DNA of 64,000 nt from Lingula anatina (GCA_051362555.1 CM120648.1:20208587-20272586), one strand, 5' to 3'. Positions 47,136-61,149 are shown, counted from the first letter of the stretch. Notes: generated by a model from the sequence alone, not told the origin. Translations and numbers: made by a program.

Positions 47136-48386
47136 GTATCCTAAATCAGTTATCTTGTTGATGTAGCTTCCAATATTAACATAACCACTTTCAATTAATG
47201 TCAGGCAGTGGGCAATTTTACGAAGTGATCGTTTGTCGTCACCTGAAATCTATAGAAAAACAGGTTACAATATCTTTTCTGAATAGTCCCTAAGACATGT
47301 TTGGGATATCAAATATTGCTATTGTTCCACCCGGTCTATACTCCAAAAGCATCACACCGAATTTAGCAGACCGCACGTACCAGGTAATTTGGTAGGAAAT
47401 GGCAATACTGCATGGTGTCCCTTGGTATCATTTCAAGGCCCAAACATTATAATTTATACACCATGTGCATGTATATAAGCGCAGGCGTCAACATCTGTCC
47501 TTTGTACGAGTAGAATATTTGAAAATACATGTCTATTAATTAAATACTCTCAGCTCTCTTATAAGTTTCACAAATTGTATTCACAAAATAGAGAAAAAAA
47601 TTGGTTTCTTACATACAGATACGAACTTGAGAATTCTTAAAGACTGTCCAAGGTCTTGCAGTGAAAATAAGATCCCCTTACTTGCATTATGATGAAGCCT
47701 TGAACCTGGCCAGTATACATTCTTTAGACAAAAGAAGTGGAGATTTAAACAAAACATTTTTTTATGAAATAACTGTATCCTGTGACATACTGAACTACAT
47801 TTTAGTTGGACAACCATTTAAACCCTTTTAAGATCAAACAACAGTTATGTGTCAAAATGTAATAGCAAACGGTTCGACTAGCCTTCATTGCAAATGCCCT
47901 TCTAAAATTCAAATTGTAAAATGTATTTTATCCATAATATAATAGTTTAGAAGACCATGTCGTAATGAGCAGTAACCCCTCGATAGTCTCGTGGAAGACT
48001 AGATTTTGGTGTGCTCATCTACCATTACGTGTGTTGTGTTGTGCATTGATCACGTGAGCTGGTAGAGCGGGAATAGTAGTCTGGGATGCGCCATGTTAGG
48101 TGACACGATGCAACGTTTCTTCAATAATAATTCCATATGTATCTGTTGATTTTATTCGTGTTTTATGACTTCACATTGAATCACAACATTTGGCGACAAG
48201 GATTAAAAACTTCAAAAATATAGTGAACAGTGATATTACAAGCCTAGCGTTGCAGACTGCAGTTATGGATACATTGCTAGAGGAAACTCGTATAGGACAA
48301 TGACTATTCACTTATAGATGCAGCTTATGACAGCTTACTTGAGAAAAGAATATGCGAGGCAGAACAAAAGATGACTCTTATGGAGA

Positions 48387-48855
48387 CCCAGCAGGAATAG
48401 TTGAGTTGGATCAACGTTGAAAACAGGTTGATACGTTGAATTGCCGTTGATCTACCTAAATTCAATGTCAAATCAACGTTGATCCAGCCACGTCGAAACA
48501 CCGTCATAATGTGACGTTGACTCAACGTTGTATTTTGGTCAATGACACAACCTTGCAGTTATGAATTGTAATTTTAAATATTAATTATTGAAAACGTGAT
48601 ATTTTGTTTATCAATACTGTAACTAAATTTATCAAAATAATAACAAAATGGCTTTAAAGTAAAATTGACAGTTGTTTTGTGTCTTTAGTTAACTAGTGCA
48701 TTTTCCTAACTTGTTTTTCAGAAATACATTCCAATAAACTGAATTGCTTGCAAGGTCAGCTAACACGAGGATGCATATATTTCTGTAAATGTGATGGAGT
48801 TAACAGTTCTTGGTAACCTGTTATAGATAGACAGGTTGAAGTGATTGTGACTTAG

Positions 48856-48923
<68 letters not shown>

Positions 48924-49220
48924 TTGTATCTATCCTCATATATACAAGCAAAAAAACTATATCTAAATCTTGGAAATTCTAACTTAGAGGCCATACATTT
49001 ATACTGTACATATATTTTGCCATCAAACATGTTCTACTGCTAAACACATCCAGGCTAATGTCCCGCTGGGTGGGGTCGATATAACATTGTATTCTGACGT
49101 TGATACAACGTTGTTATCTGACGTTAACACAACTTTCAAATTCAACGTTTATTCAATGTCTACTCAACGTTATGGTTCAACGTTGTTTCAACGTTAAAAC
49201 AACATAATTTGCCCGCTGGG
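48387..49220. mobile_element. Non-autonomous CMC/EnSpm-like MITE nested in Gypsy
   Basis: TIR CCCAGC(A/G)GG, 2-bp TSD GA, subterminal CAACGTT(G) repeats; contains (TA)n at 48856-48921. Confidence 0.75.
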
Positions 49221-49707
49221 GAGGCGCATTGTAGAAATGGCTGATCAGCAAGCAAATATGGATAAAAATATCAGGAGTATTGAAGAGACTGAGTAATATT
49301 GGACATACTATGAAAACATAAATTGAACAACTGTCTATGTCCTTAAAACAAAACATGAACGATTTTATTGACAATTTCAATTATAAAACGGAAGTCATCC
49401 TAGAAAAACAATTCACCAGTAAGACAACCACAGCATCAAAAACCGTTCAATTATAGCCAGTCATTGTTGCATGATGTCTCAAATATTCATATTCCTTCCG
49501 TTGCTGAGAGAACCCCCGTGCCCGATGAGCCAATAGAACCTGTCCACCCTTATCCAAGAGAAAAGATGAACCGTCATCGAGACGTGCCAAGCGATGGTCC
49601 AATACCCCTACTCAGCAACGTAAACAACAAGACTAAGTGTTTTCATCGCCATCACCGCCAGTGATACAACTCAGGCCCCACCACCACATCACAAAGCCAA
49701 TGATTCA

Positions 49708-52700
49708 GTGTGTACTGACCATCAAGGTAGTAGAAATAAAGTGTTATTCGCTAAAATGAAACCTTTTGATGGATCTACGAATTTTAGTAATTTTTTAGTT
49801 AAATTCGATTTATACGCTGATGAGTTAGATGACAGGGCCAAAATGATCAATTTAGTTAGTTTGTTAGTAGGTGAAGCATTGGCCGAATTTTGTAAGTCTA
49901 GTGCAAGTATTCGTGAGAGTTACACGAACACGGTCAATCTCATGACACAGTGTTTTTCAAAGCATGAGAGCGATAAATTGGCTAGAAAAGCATTAGCAGG
50001 GTCTAAGCCAAAAGATCAGGATTCTATTGAAGATTTTTGGTCATCGTGTGCGAATTATGACCTTGAATGCATATAGGGATACTCCTTCAGATATTTCAAA
50101 TCAGATGGCTATTATGGCATTTCTGAAAGGTCTTTTAGATAAAGAACTTTTGGACAAAATTGTGTTCATGGTGCCAACAACGCTTGAACAAGCTATTGAA
50201 AAAACCTGCAATTTACATGCCAATATGCAAATCTATGGTCATAAAACGTTACGTATTAGAAAGGTATCACTTGGGAACAGTACCGGCGAAGATGAAGGAG
50301 ATAATGTGCAGGTAGGAAGTGCTCAGATAGATGGTCAACGTAAAAGTGATTTTAACTCGCCTATGAAAGCGCAGTACATTGACCAAGTTGTGTCACGATT
50401 AGAACAATGTGTTGAGAAGTTGTATTCAGCACTACCGAAAATCCAGGTGTCACAATCACCCACAAAATTGTCTCCTTCAAGGTCTCCTTCACGGTCCCCT
50501 TCACAAAAGTGTTAGAAATATGGTGAGCTTAGGCATTTCATCAAGAATTGTCCAAATGATAAGTTACAGCTAAAACAGTTAAACAGTCCCAGGTCGTGTG
50601 TGCGGTCCAACAACCGACCATTCAGTCAATAGGACCTCTTGATTGTGACAATGGATATTTTGTTATCACAGTGATTAAAAAAGGGCTAGCCTAGTAGTAC
50701 CAATTACAGTAAACTCTATAGCGGTACATGGTATAATAGACACAGCTGCTCAAATTACTGTTATTAGTGAAAGAGTGATTGCTCCGATGACGGGGCCGTT
50801 ACAATTTGAAAAAAAAAAACTGGAAAATTAAAGGCATTTCAACAGCCAATGTTTTAGTTGCTAGATAAGTGAAAGGTATTTCCATTGTTATAGGCGGTAA
50901 AGAATACAAATGGAATGTGTTAGTCGCTCCGATTGAGGACGATCCTCTGATAGGGTTAGATTTTTTTAAAACAACATGAGGGCCATATTGATTTGAAGGA
51001 TAGTATATTACAGTTAGGTAACACCAGAATACCTGTTGAACTACGATACTCAGGGTGTAGTGTAAGGAAGATTGTGTTAGATAAGCGCACTATAATCCCG
51101 GCGAACTCAGAGGTAAGACTGGGAGTGTTTTGTGAAGCACAGTCTGACACAACATATGTTTTGAATGCAACTCAATATCATCACCATGGTGTTCTCATAC
51201 CATATATAGTTTTTAATACAGGTTATTCTTCAGAGACTTTGTCAAGCCCAGTTATTTGTAGTAATGGCAGTGACAAATACATTACTTTAAGGAGAGGGCA
51301 CATAGTCGGCTACATTGAAGAGATAGACAGAGTTATTGATGACACAGAATTGCAGTCGTCAGATGTGTATAAAGTGTATACACTTGGGCAACTGACTGTG
51401 ACAATATGGATAGTTTTGATTTACCTGAGCATATTACTGAGTTGTGGCAACAGTCGAGTGCAAATCTTACCAGTTCTCAATCTCAAGAGTTGGGGAAAAT
51501 TTTAGCACAGTTTTATGATGTTTTTTCCAAGGGTGATCTTGATATCGGTTGTTTTGACAAAGTAAAGCACAGGATAGATACAGGATCGTCTCACCCAATT
51601 AAACAAAAAAGAGACCTACCCCATATGGCTTCGAGTCGGAAAAAAGGCCCATCTAGATAAATTGCTAGCGTCAGATGTCATACAACCTTCCTCCTCTGAA
51701 TTGCCTTCAACGCCCGTGTTAGTTAGAAAGAAAGATGGGTCAGTTAGGTAATGTATTGATTACAGGGCACTGAATAAGATCACAGTAAAGGATGTCTATC
51801 CCATTCCGCGAATTGAGGAGTGTGTGGATGTATTATCTGGTACATGTTGGTTCAGCACGTTGGACATGCTCTGGTTACTATCAAATTGAAATAGATAAGC
51901 AGAGTCGAGAAAAAAAAAAAAAAACGGCATTTGTCACAAAATATGGTTTATTTGAATTCAAGAGACTGGCTTTTGGCCTTTGTAATAGCCCAGCTGTAAG
52001 ATCCTACAGTTCTTAAGTTAAAACAATAAAGTCTTGGTTAACATTCTGTATGTTTATTTCAGTAACCAGCATCAGAAACGCATGTACATGTAGTACAATG
52101 GTTCTGACTAAAACGAAAAAAAAAAATAATAATAATAAAGTCTTCTCAAAACAAAGTGTTACAAACAATTTCAACTGCATTAAGAAAGTTAAACTAAATA
52201 ATACAACAAAACAATCATAAAACTCATATTGCTGGCCTCCGTGGATGTCAATTATTCCTTTTTATCCTGGAAAGCTGAATTTCCTCTACAAAATTGCTTA
52301 ACATATATGAGGAACTTGAGGTTGTTATACTATATGGTATCTGAACTGTCATAAACGCACAAGAGTGTCACAAAAATGTCAATTTCTACAGAATGCTAAC
52401 TGCAAAACAGCCAAGCTGCGGAAGTGTCAATCAATTCTCCCCTGCAATCCTACCTCCTAAAAGATCACGTAAATGGGCCGCTTAAGATTACATTAATGGA
52501 GATAAACAAGTAATCGGGTTATCCGATTCTTACACCAGCCACATTCCGAAGGTCAATCAATTTAGTCCTTAGAGGATTAACTTGGAAGCATGTCTTGGCT
52601 TATTTAGATGACATTGTTGTTTGGGCAGGAGTTTTGGGGAACACTTGGAAAATTTGGTCATGGTGGTTAAGCGGTTTCGTGAACATGGTCTGAAGCTAAA

Positions 52701-53973
52701 AGCAAAGAAGTGTAATTTTTTTTCAGAAGCAGGTGGTATATCTGGGGAAAGTAGTAGACGAGAATGGTGTATCAGCTAACCCAGATAGTGTAAAAGTGGT
52801 ACAAGACTGGCCTACACCAAAGTGCAAAAAAGAAGTAGAGCGGTTTTTAGGCCTAGTTAATTATCATAGAGCACATATTAAGGATTTTGCGAGCATGGCA
52901 CAGCCATTGTATGTTTTAACAAGTAAGGGAGTGAGTTTTAATTGGGAAGAAAAACAAAAGCTGGCCTTTACACGTTTAAAACAAGCATAAGTTACCAGTC
53001 CAGTTTTATCATTTTCAAAAAACAATGGCATGTTTATCTTAAATACTGATGCCTCAAATGATGCTATTGCTGCTGAGCTGTTGCAAATTCAAGTTTGGGA
53101 AGAGCGTGTGATTAGTTATGGTAGCTATTTGTTATCTCCAAGTCAAAAGAAATATTGCACGACAAAGAAGAAATTGCTTGCTGTTGTGAGGTTTGTTCGT
53201 CAGTATAGACATTATCTGTTAGGCAGGGAATTTTTAGTTCATACAGACCATAGTAGTTTAGCATGGTTAATGCAATTTAAGTCCCTGACTGACATGTTAG
53301 CAAGATGGATAGAAGAGCTATCCCAATTTAGTTTTAGAATTGTCATTTCCAAAAAGATTGTAAAACATACCAATGCCGATGCATTATCTCACATTCCCTA
53401 AGAATACCCATATTGTGATCAATGCATAGAGGGCTGCGATGTTAGCTTCCATGCAATGGATGTCACCATTGTAAAAGGATACAGGAACAATGGGGAAAGT
53501 TCATTCAAGACGATGATGTCATCCCATTACCAGTTAGAGCTGTTCAAGTTAGTTGTGGGATTCATTTATAATCAATGCTTTCTCAAGAGCAACTTAGACA
53601 AAAACAGTTAGAAGACCCTGATCTCAAGGTTATTTTATTTTGGATTGAGAATGATTTACAGCCTAACAAAAGGGAAATCAGTCTTCAATCACCAGCTGTC
53701 AAATACTACTGGACAAACTTACAGCTGGTACTTTCGAAAAATGGTATACAGTATTATCAATGGCAAAGTCAAAATTCAGTGATACCTTGTTATATAGTGC
53801 CCAGGGAATTGAGAAATGAGGTATTGAGGTTATGTCATGATCCTGCGTCCGTTGGTCACCAAGGGATTTCAAGAACATTATTCAAATTACATCAATCTGT
53901 ATACTGGTGCAGTATAACCACTGACTGTAAATTGTATGTACGAGCATGCAGTGATTGTTGTAAAAGCAAAAAG

Positions 53974-54006
<33 letters not shown>

Positions 54007-54999
54007 ACCCTTAACAAATTACCATGCAGGTGCTCCGGGTGAAAGATTACATGTGGATATCCTTGGTCCCTTTAACACTAGCTAGGCAGGTAATAAATAC
54101 ATATTAGTGCTAGTCTGTCAGTTTACAAAATGGGTAGAGGCATACCCTTTCCCTAACCAAACGACAGAGACAGTAGCTACGGTGATAGTTAACAACTTTA
54201 TTTCACGATTTGCTTGCCCGACATACTTGCATACTGATCAAGGAGCAAATTTTACCAGTATTCTTTTTAAAAAGATATGTAGGTTAATGGGCATAGAAAA
54301 AACACGCACAACTCCTTATCGGTCTTGTTCCAATGGGCAAGTAGAAAGTTACAATCGTACGTTATTACAAGCAATTAGATGTTTTAGAGGGCTGTGTAAA
54401 TAATTGGGATGTGCATCTACCTCTCTTAACTAGCGCATTAAGAGCTGTCCCAAATAGGCAAACGGGCCTTACGCCCAATATGATGATGTTAGGAAGAGAG
54501 ACTAGGCAACCAGTTGATTTTATATTACAATTGACTGATTTAGAGCTGCCAGAGCCTAATAATTATACTGCTACATTAAGATATTAAGAGAAAGGTTGGT
54601 TGCAGCTCATGACATTGCGAGAAAATGTTTAGGTACATCATTAAAAACACAAAAAACAGTATTATGATGCACACACCTATACTCACAAGTATTCAGTAGG
54701 TGATTCAGTTTATACGAGTTTATAAGATGAATTGTGGAGGTAAGGCTGGACAGTCCAAAAAGTTACAGCCATTATTGAAAGACCCTTATGTGGTCAGTAA
54801 ATATCTTTATCCAATATTGTATCAAATAGCTGGTGCTCACAACTATAGTGTAGTTCATCATGATCTTTTAAAACCTTGCAAACTGAGAACTGACAATATT
54901 CCTGTGAGATTGCAGAGGTTACAAAAGAAACTATGTGGTGGGGTCAAAGAGGATTCGGAGGAAATTGTTTCAGTGGAGGAGGATTCACAAGAGGATTAA
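49708..54999 (+). pseudogene. Gypsy gag-pol pseudogene (Gag, protease, RT, RNase H, integrase)
   Basis: KPFDGSTNF, IIDTAAQITV, TAFVTKYGLFEFKRLAFGLCNSPA, YLDDIVV, NTDASN, HTDHSSL, HTDQGANF, SNGQVES; numerous stops and frameshifts. Confidence 0.9.
51995..52534 (-). mobile_element. Solo LTR nested in Gypsy RT
   Basis: TGTAAGA...TCTTACA termini with 5-bp TSD CCAGC; removing it restores CNSPATFRR. Orientation tentative. Confidence 0.8.
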
Positions 55000-56360
55000 C
55001 CGATATCAGATACATTGCACTGTGATTCTCCGGTGGTGACCAGGAATGGCCGTTAGTTAATTCCTCCGGTGAGATACGAGTGTTAACTTTTATGATGACA
55101 TGGATTTTAAACTTATAGACACTTTTTGTGCTTTCAATGTGTAATTATGTGTTAACAGCGGGGACTATATGCTTTGCAAGTGAACTGGAAAGACTTTGTT
55201 ATTGTATTGATTTAGTAACTTCAATGATGGTGAATCAGTGACTTGAAACTGAACAATTTATAAAGGAATGCAGTAACTATACAGAGTGTCAGACTATGTT
55301 TATGTGTATTGATATTTTGTAATAAGAGTAATGTGTTAGATGTTTTGATAAATAATACTTTTGAGTTTAAGATATAGGTTGTGTTTATATAGTGAACAAA
55401 AATATAAACGCACGAAAGAATATGTAGATTTATTATGGATTAATTTATTAAAAGATACAACAAGACTTATTTTATAGGTTCTAATTATTATATATATATT
55501 GTATACTATCTGTCTGCTTGTTTAAAAAAATAAAATTGGGAAGAATGTTGTAATATGTGCATTGATGTGGCGCGTCTTGATCACGTGAGCTGGTAGAGCG
55601 TGAATAGTAGTCTGGGATGCGCCATGCGCCATGTGTACAAGACAAGGTATAGAGAAGAAAGTGGAATACAAGTCGCCGTTTTCATTTAGTGCACTCACTC
55701 AGGGAAATTTCTCAGTTAATTAGTATCCAAAGATAAAAAAAAATCTATTTTGGTGGCAGCTACCTGAGAGACCATGAATCTGAAAAAGCAATATTATCTT
55801 TCTTGGAGTTTTTGTCGTACTCGTCAAAAGCTCACTTTTTAGTATTCAGTAAGCTAAAGAGGCAACGGTAATAATTTTGTATTTCTTCATAAAAGAACGT
55901 TTATGTATGTTACTGTTGAGTTTGAGATAAATATTGTTGTTGCTTATATTAATCTGTATTTATTAATCAGTTTCAGTGAAACTGATAATAATACAGAGGA
56001 AATAGCAATGGTTTTGCTGATGCACATGTATTACAACGCAATCCTGGCATCAAACACAAGCTCACTAAGGCCATCGTAGCAGTAAGGCATGACTCAGGCA
56101 ATATTACTAGATATTGTAGAAAACTTGACAAGCCGTCAGTTTTCATATCAGGTGTTTGAATTTATTGACTCTAAACAGAATAATCAGCTATCAGAATATA
56201 GTAGCATTGATTCAGAGGAATCACTACTTACTGGACTGCAGGGTTACGTGGTGCATGGCAGTCTGCCAGAAAAAAAAACTGAGTTCCACCTTTTAAGCCT
56301 TATGGCACGCGGAGGAGGAGGAGAGTCAGGGGCGAGCAAGCGCAGAGAGAACTAGATTTA

Positions 56361-57164
56361 CGCCTCGGTCACAACCGGAGGCACGAATTTTAGGATCGTA
56401 CGTCCCCTACGAATTTTGGTTGCAGCGGAGGCCGTGGAGTTCGTAGAGGTAGAGGAAAGTCTGCCTTGCGAGTCGCAAGGGCTACATGGTTGTCCTTTCA
56501 AGCAGTGACGCTAATTGCAAGGAGTGATGACCGTGGAAAATGCACTCATTCCTTGAGTTTGTGTTGCTTCCTGCGCACGTGGCACACACTCACCACTTAC
56601 GAAGGGAATGCAACGCACGGCGAAAGTAGTGCCCTTTTACGTCAGTTTTGCTTCACATTTGCCTCACACGTTTGTGATGACGTATTGATAGCGTACGTCA
56701 GTTTTGCTTCCTGTTCTCGCCTTCTTTCTTCTCCTTCTCCCTTTTTTCGGCTACCTTAGACCCCATTCCCACAGATTTAAGATCGATCTATCTCTGTGGG
56801 GAGTCTCACTAGATTACTGTCAGTCTCACTAGATTTCCTATTAAAAGCTGTAAGGGGATAATTAACTAATGTGCGCGCTCGGCTGACAGCAATTTTGCTC
56901 CTTCATTGCTTGTTACGTGCGTTTTGCACAACGCACGTCTCACTTACTAACTCCGTGCGAGGGGAGCAAGTTACGCTTGCGGCCTTATTGTACGCAGGCT
57001 ATTTGTAAAATCTTTCGGACAGTCCAACGTCCTCCGTACGTGCTTAAGAGCTGTCTGCAAACAGGAATTTCCGTAAGAAGGACCTGCGTGGGACGTGAGA
57101 TTCTGCTTAAAATTTGGACGCAAACAGCCCGTAAGAGCCCGTACGGCCGGTTGTGACCGAGGGT
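56361..57164 (+). mobile_element. PIF/Harbinger-type MITE copy A
   Basis: TIR (G)CCTCGGTCACAACCGG at both ends, TTA flanks. Confidence 0.75.
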
Positions 57165-57482
57165 TTAGATGACGTATCAGCACAGTTCCTTATAATTCCT
57201 CAGGGTAACCCAGGAACCTCTACCCCATGCAGCTGCTCAAGGTAAAATTATTGTACCAGTCAGTGGACACAATACTTATCCAGGTTACATTTCAGGATTA
57301 GCCAGCACAGCGCCTGAAAGGCCAAGACAGACTTCAGTGCCAGACATGCGCGGTGCAAAGAGTAAACAAAGGTGATTTGAGACAGGGGAACGTCCCAGTC
57401 ACACCCGATGATGTGCCAGGTGCACTGTACAGACAGTATGAGATGTCTGCAATGGTACCGCAAGCTGGGAGGGCAACGTTAA

Positions 57483-58131
57483 AGCCTCGGTCACAACCGG
57501 CCGTTCGGGCTTTTGCGGCCTGTTTGCGTCCAAATTTTGTGAAGAATCTCACGTGCCGTGCAAGTCCTTCCTGCAAAACTTGGAGTTCGCAGTCAGCCCG
57601 TAAGCACGTACGGAGGATGTTGGACATATCCAAAAGATTCTACGCATAATCTGCGAATAGCGAAGCCGCAAACGTAACTTGCTCCACTCGCAAGGAGTTC
57701 GCGAGAAGTATGCAAGTGAGTCGTGCGTGGTCCAAGACGCACGTCGTAAACAATGAAGGAGCAAGTGTCCTTTTCATGTTGAGTTCGATGCACGCCCTTA
57801 CAGCTAAAGAACAAATTCGAAAGCACGGCGGAAGTGCGTCGCCCCCTCGCCAGGAGTATAAAAGGCGTGCTAACGAAGCACGCTCGTGTCTCAACAAATG
57901 ACGTCTCTTGTGCCTCGATCGTGTAAAACATTTAAAAAAATTCGAAATTTGCTCAATTCAACCTCTAATATGCCTGCAAAAGGCAAGGGAAAGAAGCTAA
58001 GAGAGCAGAAAAGAAGGCTTGCGCCTTTCCAATGCAAACTTTTCTCTACTTCCACGAACTCCACGGCCTCCACTGACCCAAAATTCGCAGGGGCCGTACG
58101 ATCCTAAATTTGTCCGGTTGTGACTGAGGCT
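57483..58131 (-). mobile_element. PIF/Harbinger-type MITE copy B (inverted relative to A)
   Basis: TIR AGCCTC(G/A)GTCACAACCGG, TAA/TTA flanks; internal sequence is the reverse complement of copy A. Confidence 0.75.
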
Positions 58132-58542
58132 TTAGTCCAGCTTCGGCACTCAAACGTGCAGTCAATAGCTCGAAAGCATTACAATTTGCGAGCCCGCGCT
58201 AATAGCAATATCTCTGTTAGTTTCGAGGCTATTTTTTGCCACGAGTAAATCCCGTCACAATTGCCTTTGCGCATGCATAATTTTTCATTTTGTAGTATCT
58301 GTCATGTATTTATACATGGCGACAAGCTTGGGTTGCTAGTCATAATAGCATATAATAAAGCAAGGAAGCTTATAAAATATTGAGTCACTCAGTACCTCTG
58401 ATAGAAAAACTTGCGGTAAATTTTCACGTTAAGACTGCTATGTACAGGTATATATAATATTATACCATCAAATACCCCCCAAAAAATATTGATCAACATT
58501 TTATAAAGTCATGTCTTAATGCATAAAAAAAATCAAAATTAA

Positions 58543-58875
58543 TGGGATAATAACTCTTCGTATTAGATCCATATTTTACAATAAAAACATTGTAAACAAC
58601 TCATAGAAATATAACATATTATTTTCACCACAATAACGGCAGTTATAGCTAATATTCTGGCATCTGAGCTTGTCATTAGACCACATGACCTCCATAGATG
58701 GCTATACTCTGATATGATCTCTTTAGAGATAATAACATAAAACCAAACTATTTAGGAAAAAACAGGGACTAACTTTCAATGCAGAAATAAATTCGTTAAT
58801 CACTGGTTAGTATGGGGAAATTATTGTTTACTGCGGGAAATTAATTTTTGCCCAAAACAAACACTTATTATCCCT
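58543..58875 (+). mobile_element. MITE with TTAA TSD, copy 2
   Basis: TTAA|TGGGATAATAA...TTATTATCCCT|TTAA; homolog of 42200-42535. Confidence 0.7.
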
Positions 58876-59169
58876 TTAAACATTTCATATATGATTTTAT
58901 ATAGTTATTGATCATAGTTATAAGTTTAAATTTTCATTTTCTACACAAAATAGAAGAGCAGAAACAGAGTATTCGTTCACACAGTGACCCTACTTAGTAT
59001 GTGTTATTATGTGACTGGACACTATTCACCTATGTACATCAACAATTGCATCAGTCCATATTAACACGTGCGCTTTGTTTATTGATTTTTTTACATTCTA
59101 TTGTTGAGAAACATCTCCAATGTCAGTATTTCAGATATTCCTGTAAATTAATAATCTATTGATAAGCAT

Positions 59170-59385
59170 CATAATAAAAAAATGACATTTTTATATGCAA
59201 TTGTGTTATAACGTCTACACTTCATGCGGCAATCGAACTTAAGTAGCATTCGAAGCTATAGTTGTGCTTCGGGATGCAGTTGTACTTCGAGAATACAGGT
59301 GGGTGTAATCGCCATTACTAATTGTAATCGATTGCTATAATTGTGCGTGGTTTCGAGTTATGGACCCCAGATTTTACTCACCGCC
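59170..59385 (-). repeat. Dispersed repeat, homolog of 14443-14760
   Basis: Visual alignment of the reverse complement. Confidence 0.6.
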
Positions 59386-59419
59386 GTTCATTTAATCAGT
59401 CTTAGAAGCTAAGTTTTTC

Positions 59420-59860
59420 GCACTACCTTTGTAGGATGACTGTCTAGACACTCCGTCTGGCAGTGCATATTTTTTTTAAAGTTTGCTGCCATCCTGAAGG
59501 GTCTTGGTCTTAATGGAGCGCCATCTACGTGCGCCAGAATTATGAAGCTAGCGAAGAACTTCAAAATTTGAATCTCAAAGAAGATTTTACAAGATTTCGT
59601 GCGTATGGGTTGAAATTACAATCAAAGGGATTAGACGTTTCATTACTCAGAAGGAAATTTTTAATTACTTACAGGTGACACACTTTCCATGTCGCAACAA
59701 GACATAAAAGTGGTGAGTGAATGGAAAATTCCAATCTGAGCTAATGATGTTGAACGGCTCATGTGGGACCAGCTAACTATCACAGAGCTCTTTTGGGAAT
59801 TCCTTGCAGCTCCATATTATATGTTATGACTGAGAAAGACAGTTATGACTGGGGTGAACC
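59420..59860 (+). pseudogene. Old Gypsy RT fragment
   Basis: GLGLNGAPSTCARIMKL, YGLKLQSK, KVVSEWKIP...VERL...ANYHRA, paralleling RT motifs of the Gypsy at 51.9-52.9 kb. Confidence 0.6.
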
Positions 59861-60619
59861 TTCCCTAGGTTCTAGATTTCAGTATTGCCAGCTTGATCTT
59901 GATTTCATATGTAGCCCGTATCAGCAATACTGACTCTAGCCACTAGCGTCAGGTTGGGGTGGTTTTGCCTAGGGCGCTTCCATATTTGAATGTCTCGAGC
60001 GACACAGATATGCCCCATCTAGAGCCGAATTTACCGCCTTGCGCTGACGTTATCTCGTGAAGACGGGACAAGAAGCAAAGTGACTGACGTGGAGTTTGAA
60101 GTTTGAACTGAGAATATCTTGCATTCGAAAATCAGTGCCACAATACAAACACCTTTCTGCTTTAAAACTGGTTTTTGGTGTAGCCACTGTGCAGTCCTTA
60201 TAATGGTATCGGACATACAGTGTAGCTGTCAAGCTTATCACACGCCTGGCAAGCACGTGTTTTGAGTTTATATTTTCAGGAGCAAATGTTTTTGATAAGC
60301 AAAAAATACCATAGCATCTGGCATATTATTTTCTTCTAATAGATATCATTAATTTTTCAGTTCACATCTTAAATAAAGCAAGGAATTTTTTTTACATTTG
60401 GTTTTGGGCTAATGACATTCAACTGCAGATTTACTGCGGAACAGTTCATTTGATTGACGGATACTCAAAATTGCTGCGGCTATATTTGACCCTCGGACTA
60501 ATTAGCCCAATGTTTGAATGCGGCCTTAGTTTTATTCAAACATAAATTATTTTATTCTTATAACAATGCTTAAAACATTTTATGTAAAAGTTTAACCCAC
60601 TGGGTTGCAGTCTTAATGA

Positions 60620-60654
<35 letters not shown>

Positions 60655-61149
60655 TTGACGGCAGCGAGCAGCCGGCAGCATGTCTTGCTAACTAAATAAA
60701 GACTTGTAGGGCTAGCATGTGGGAATTTATAAGTATGTCATTGTTATAAATATATCAGGATACAAACTGAAAATGGGTTTAGATGAACAGTTGGATTTCA
60801 TAAATGATTGATCGATTCTGGTAGTAGTAGTAGTATTTACCGAAAAAAATGATGTCGTCCTTCTTCCTACAAGGAGTGCAGCACGTCCAACGCCAGAGTC
60901 CGACTGCTCCAAGTCGAAAACTTGTGCACCGCTCTCACTGTTCCCCATCTTTATTTTTTCCGCCTTGTAAGGGTCAGGCAGCAGGGTTTATATTCTGAAT
61001 ATATAAAAGGTAAAGGGGTAAAATACTTATCTCTGAATCATTTATATCGAAACCTGTGACCTATTACTTATCCTGCAGTTCGGGTATCTCTTTTTTTCTT
61101 TTGCTTTTAGTTAAGTGGCATTTTCCGCGTTACATTGCCATTTTACTAA

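Larger units (their letters stand above)
48032..55630 (+). mobile_element. Degenerate Ty3/Gypsy LTR retrotransposon
   Basis: 5' LTR about 48032-48188, PBS TGGCGACAAGGAT at 48191, purine-rich tract then partial 3' LTR from 55546 sharing TGATCACGTGAGCTGGTAGAGCG...GGGATGCGCCATG; 3' end and TSD not resolved. Confidence 0.85.
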
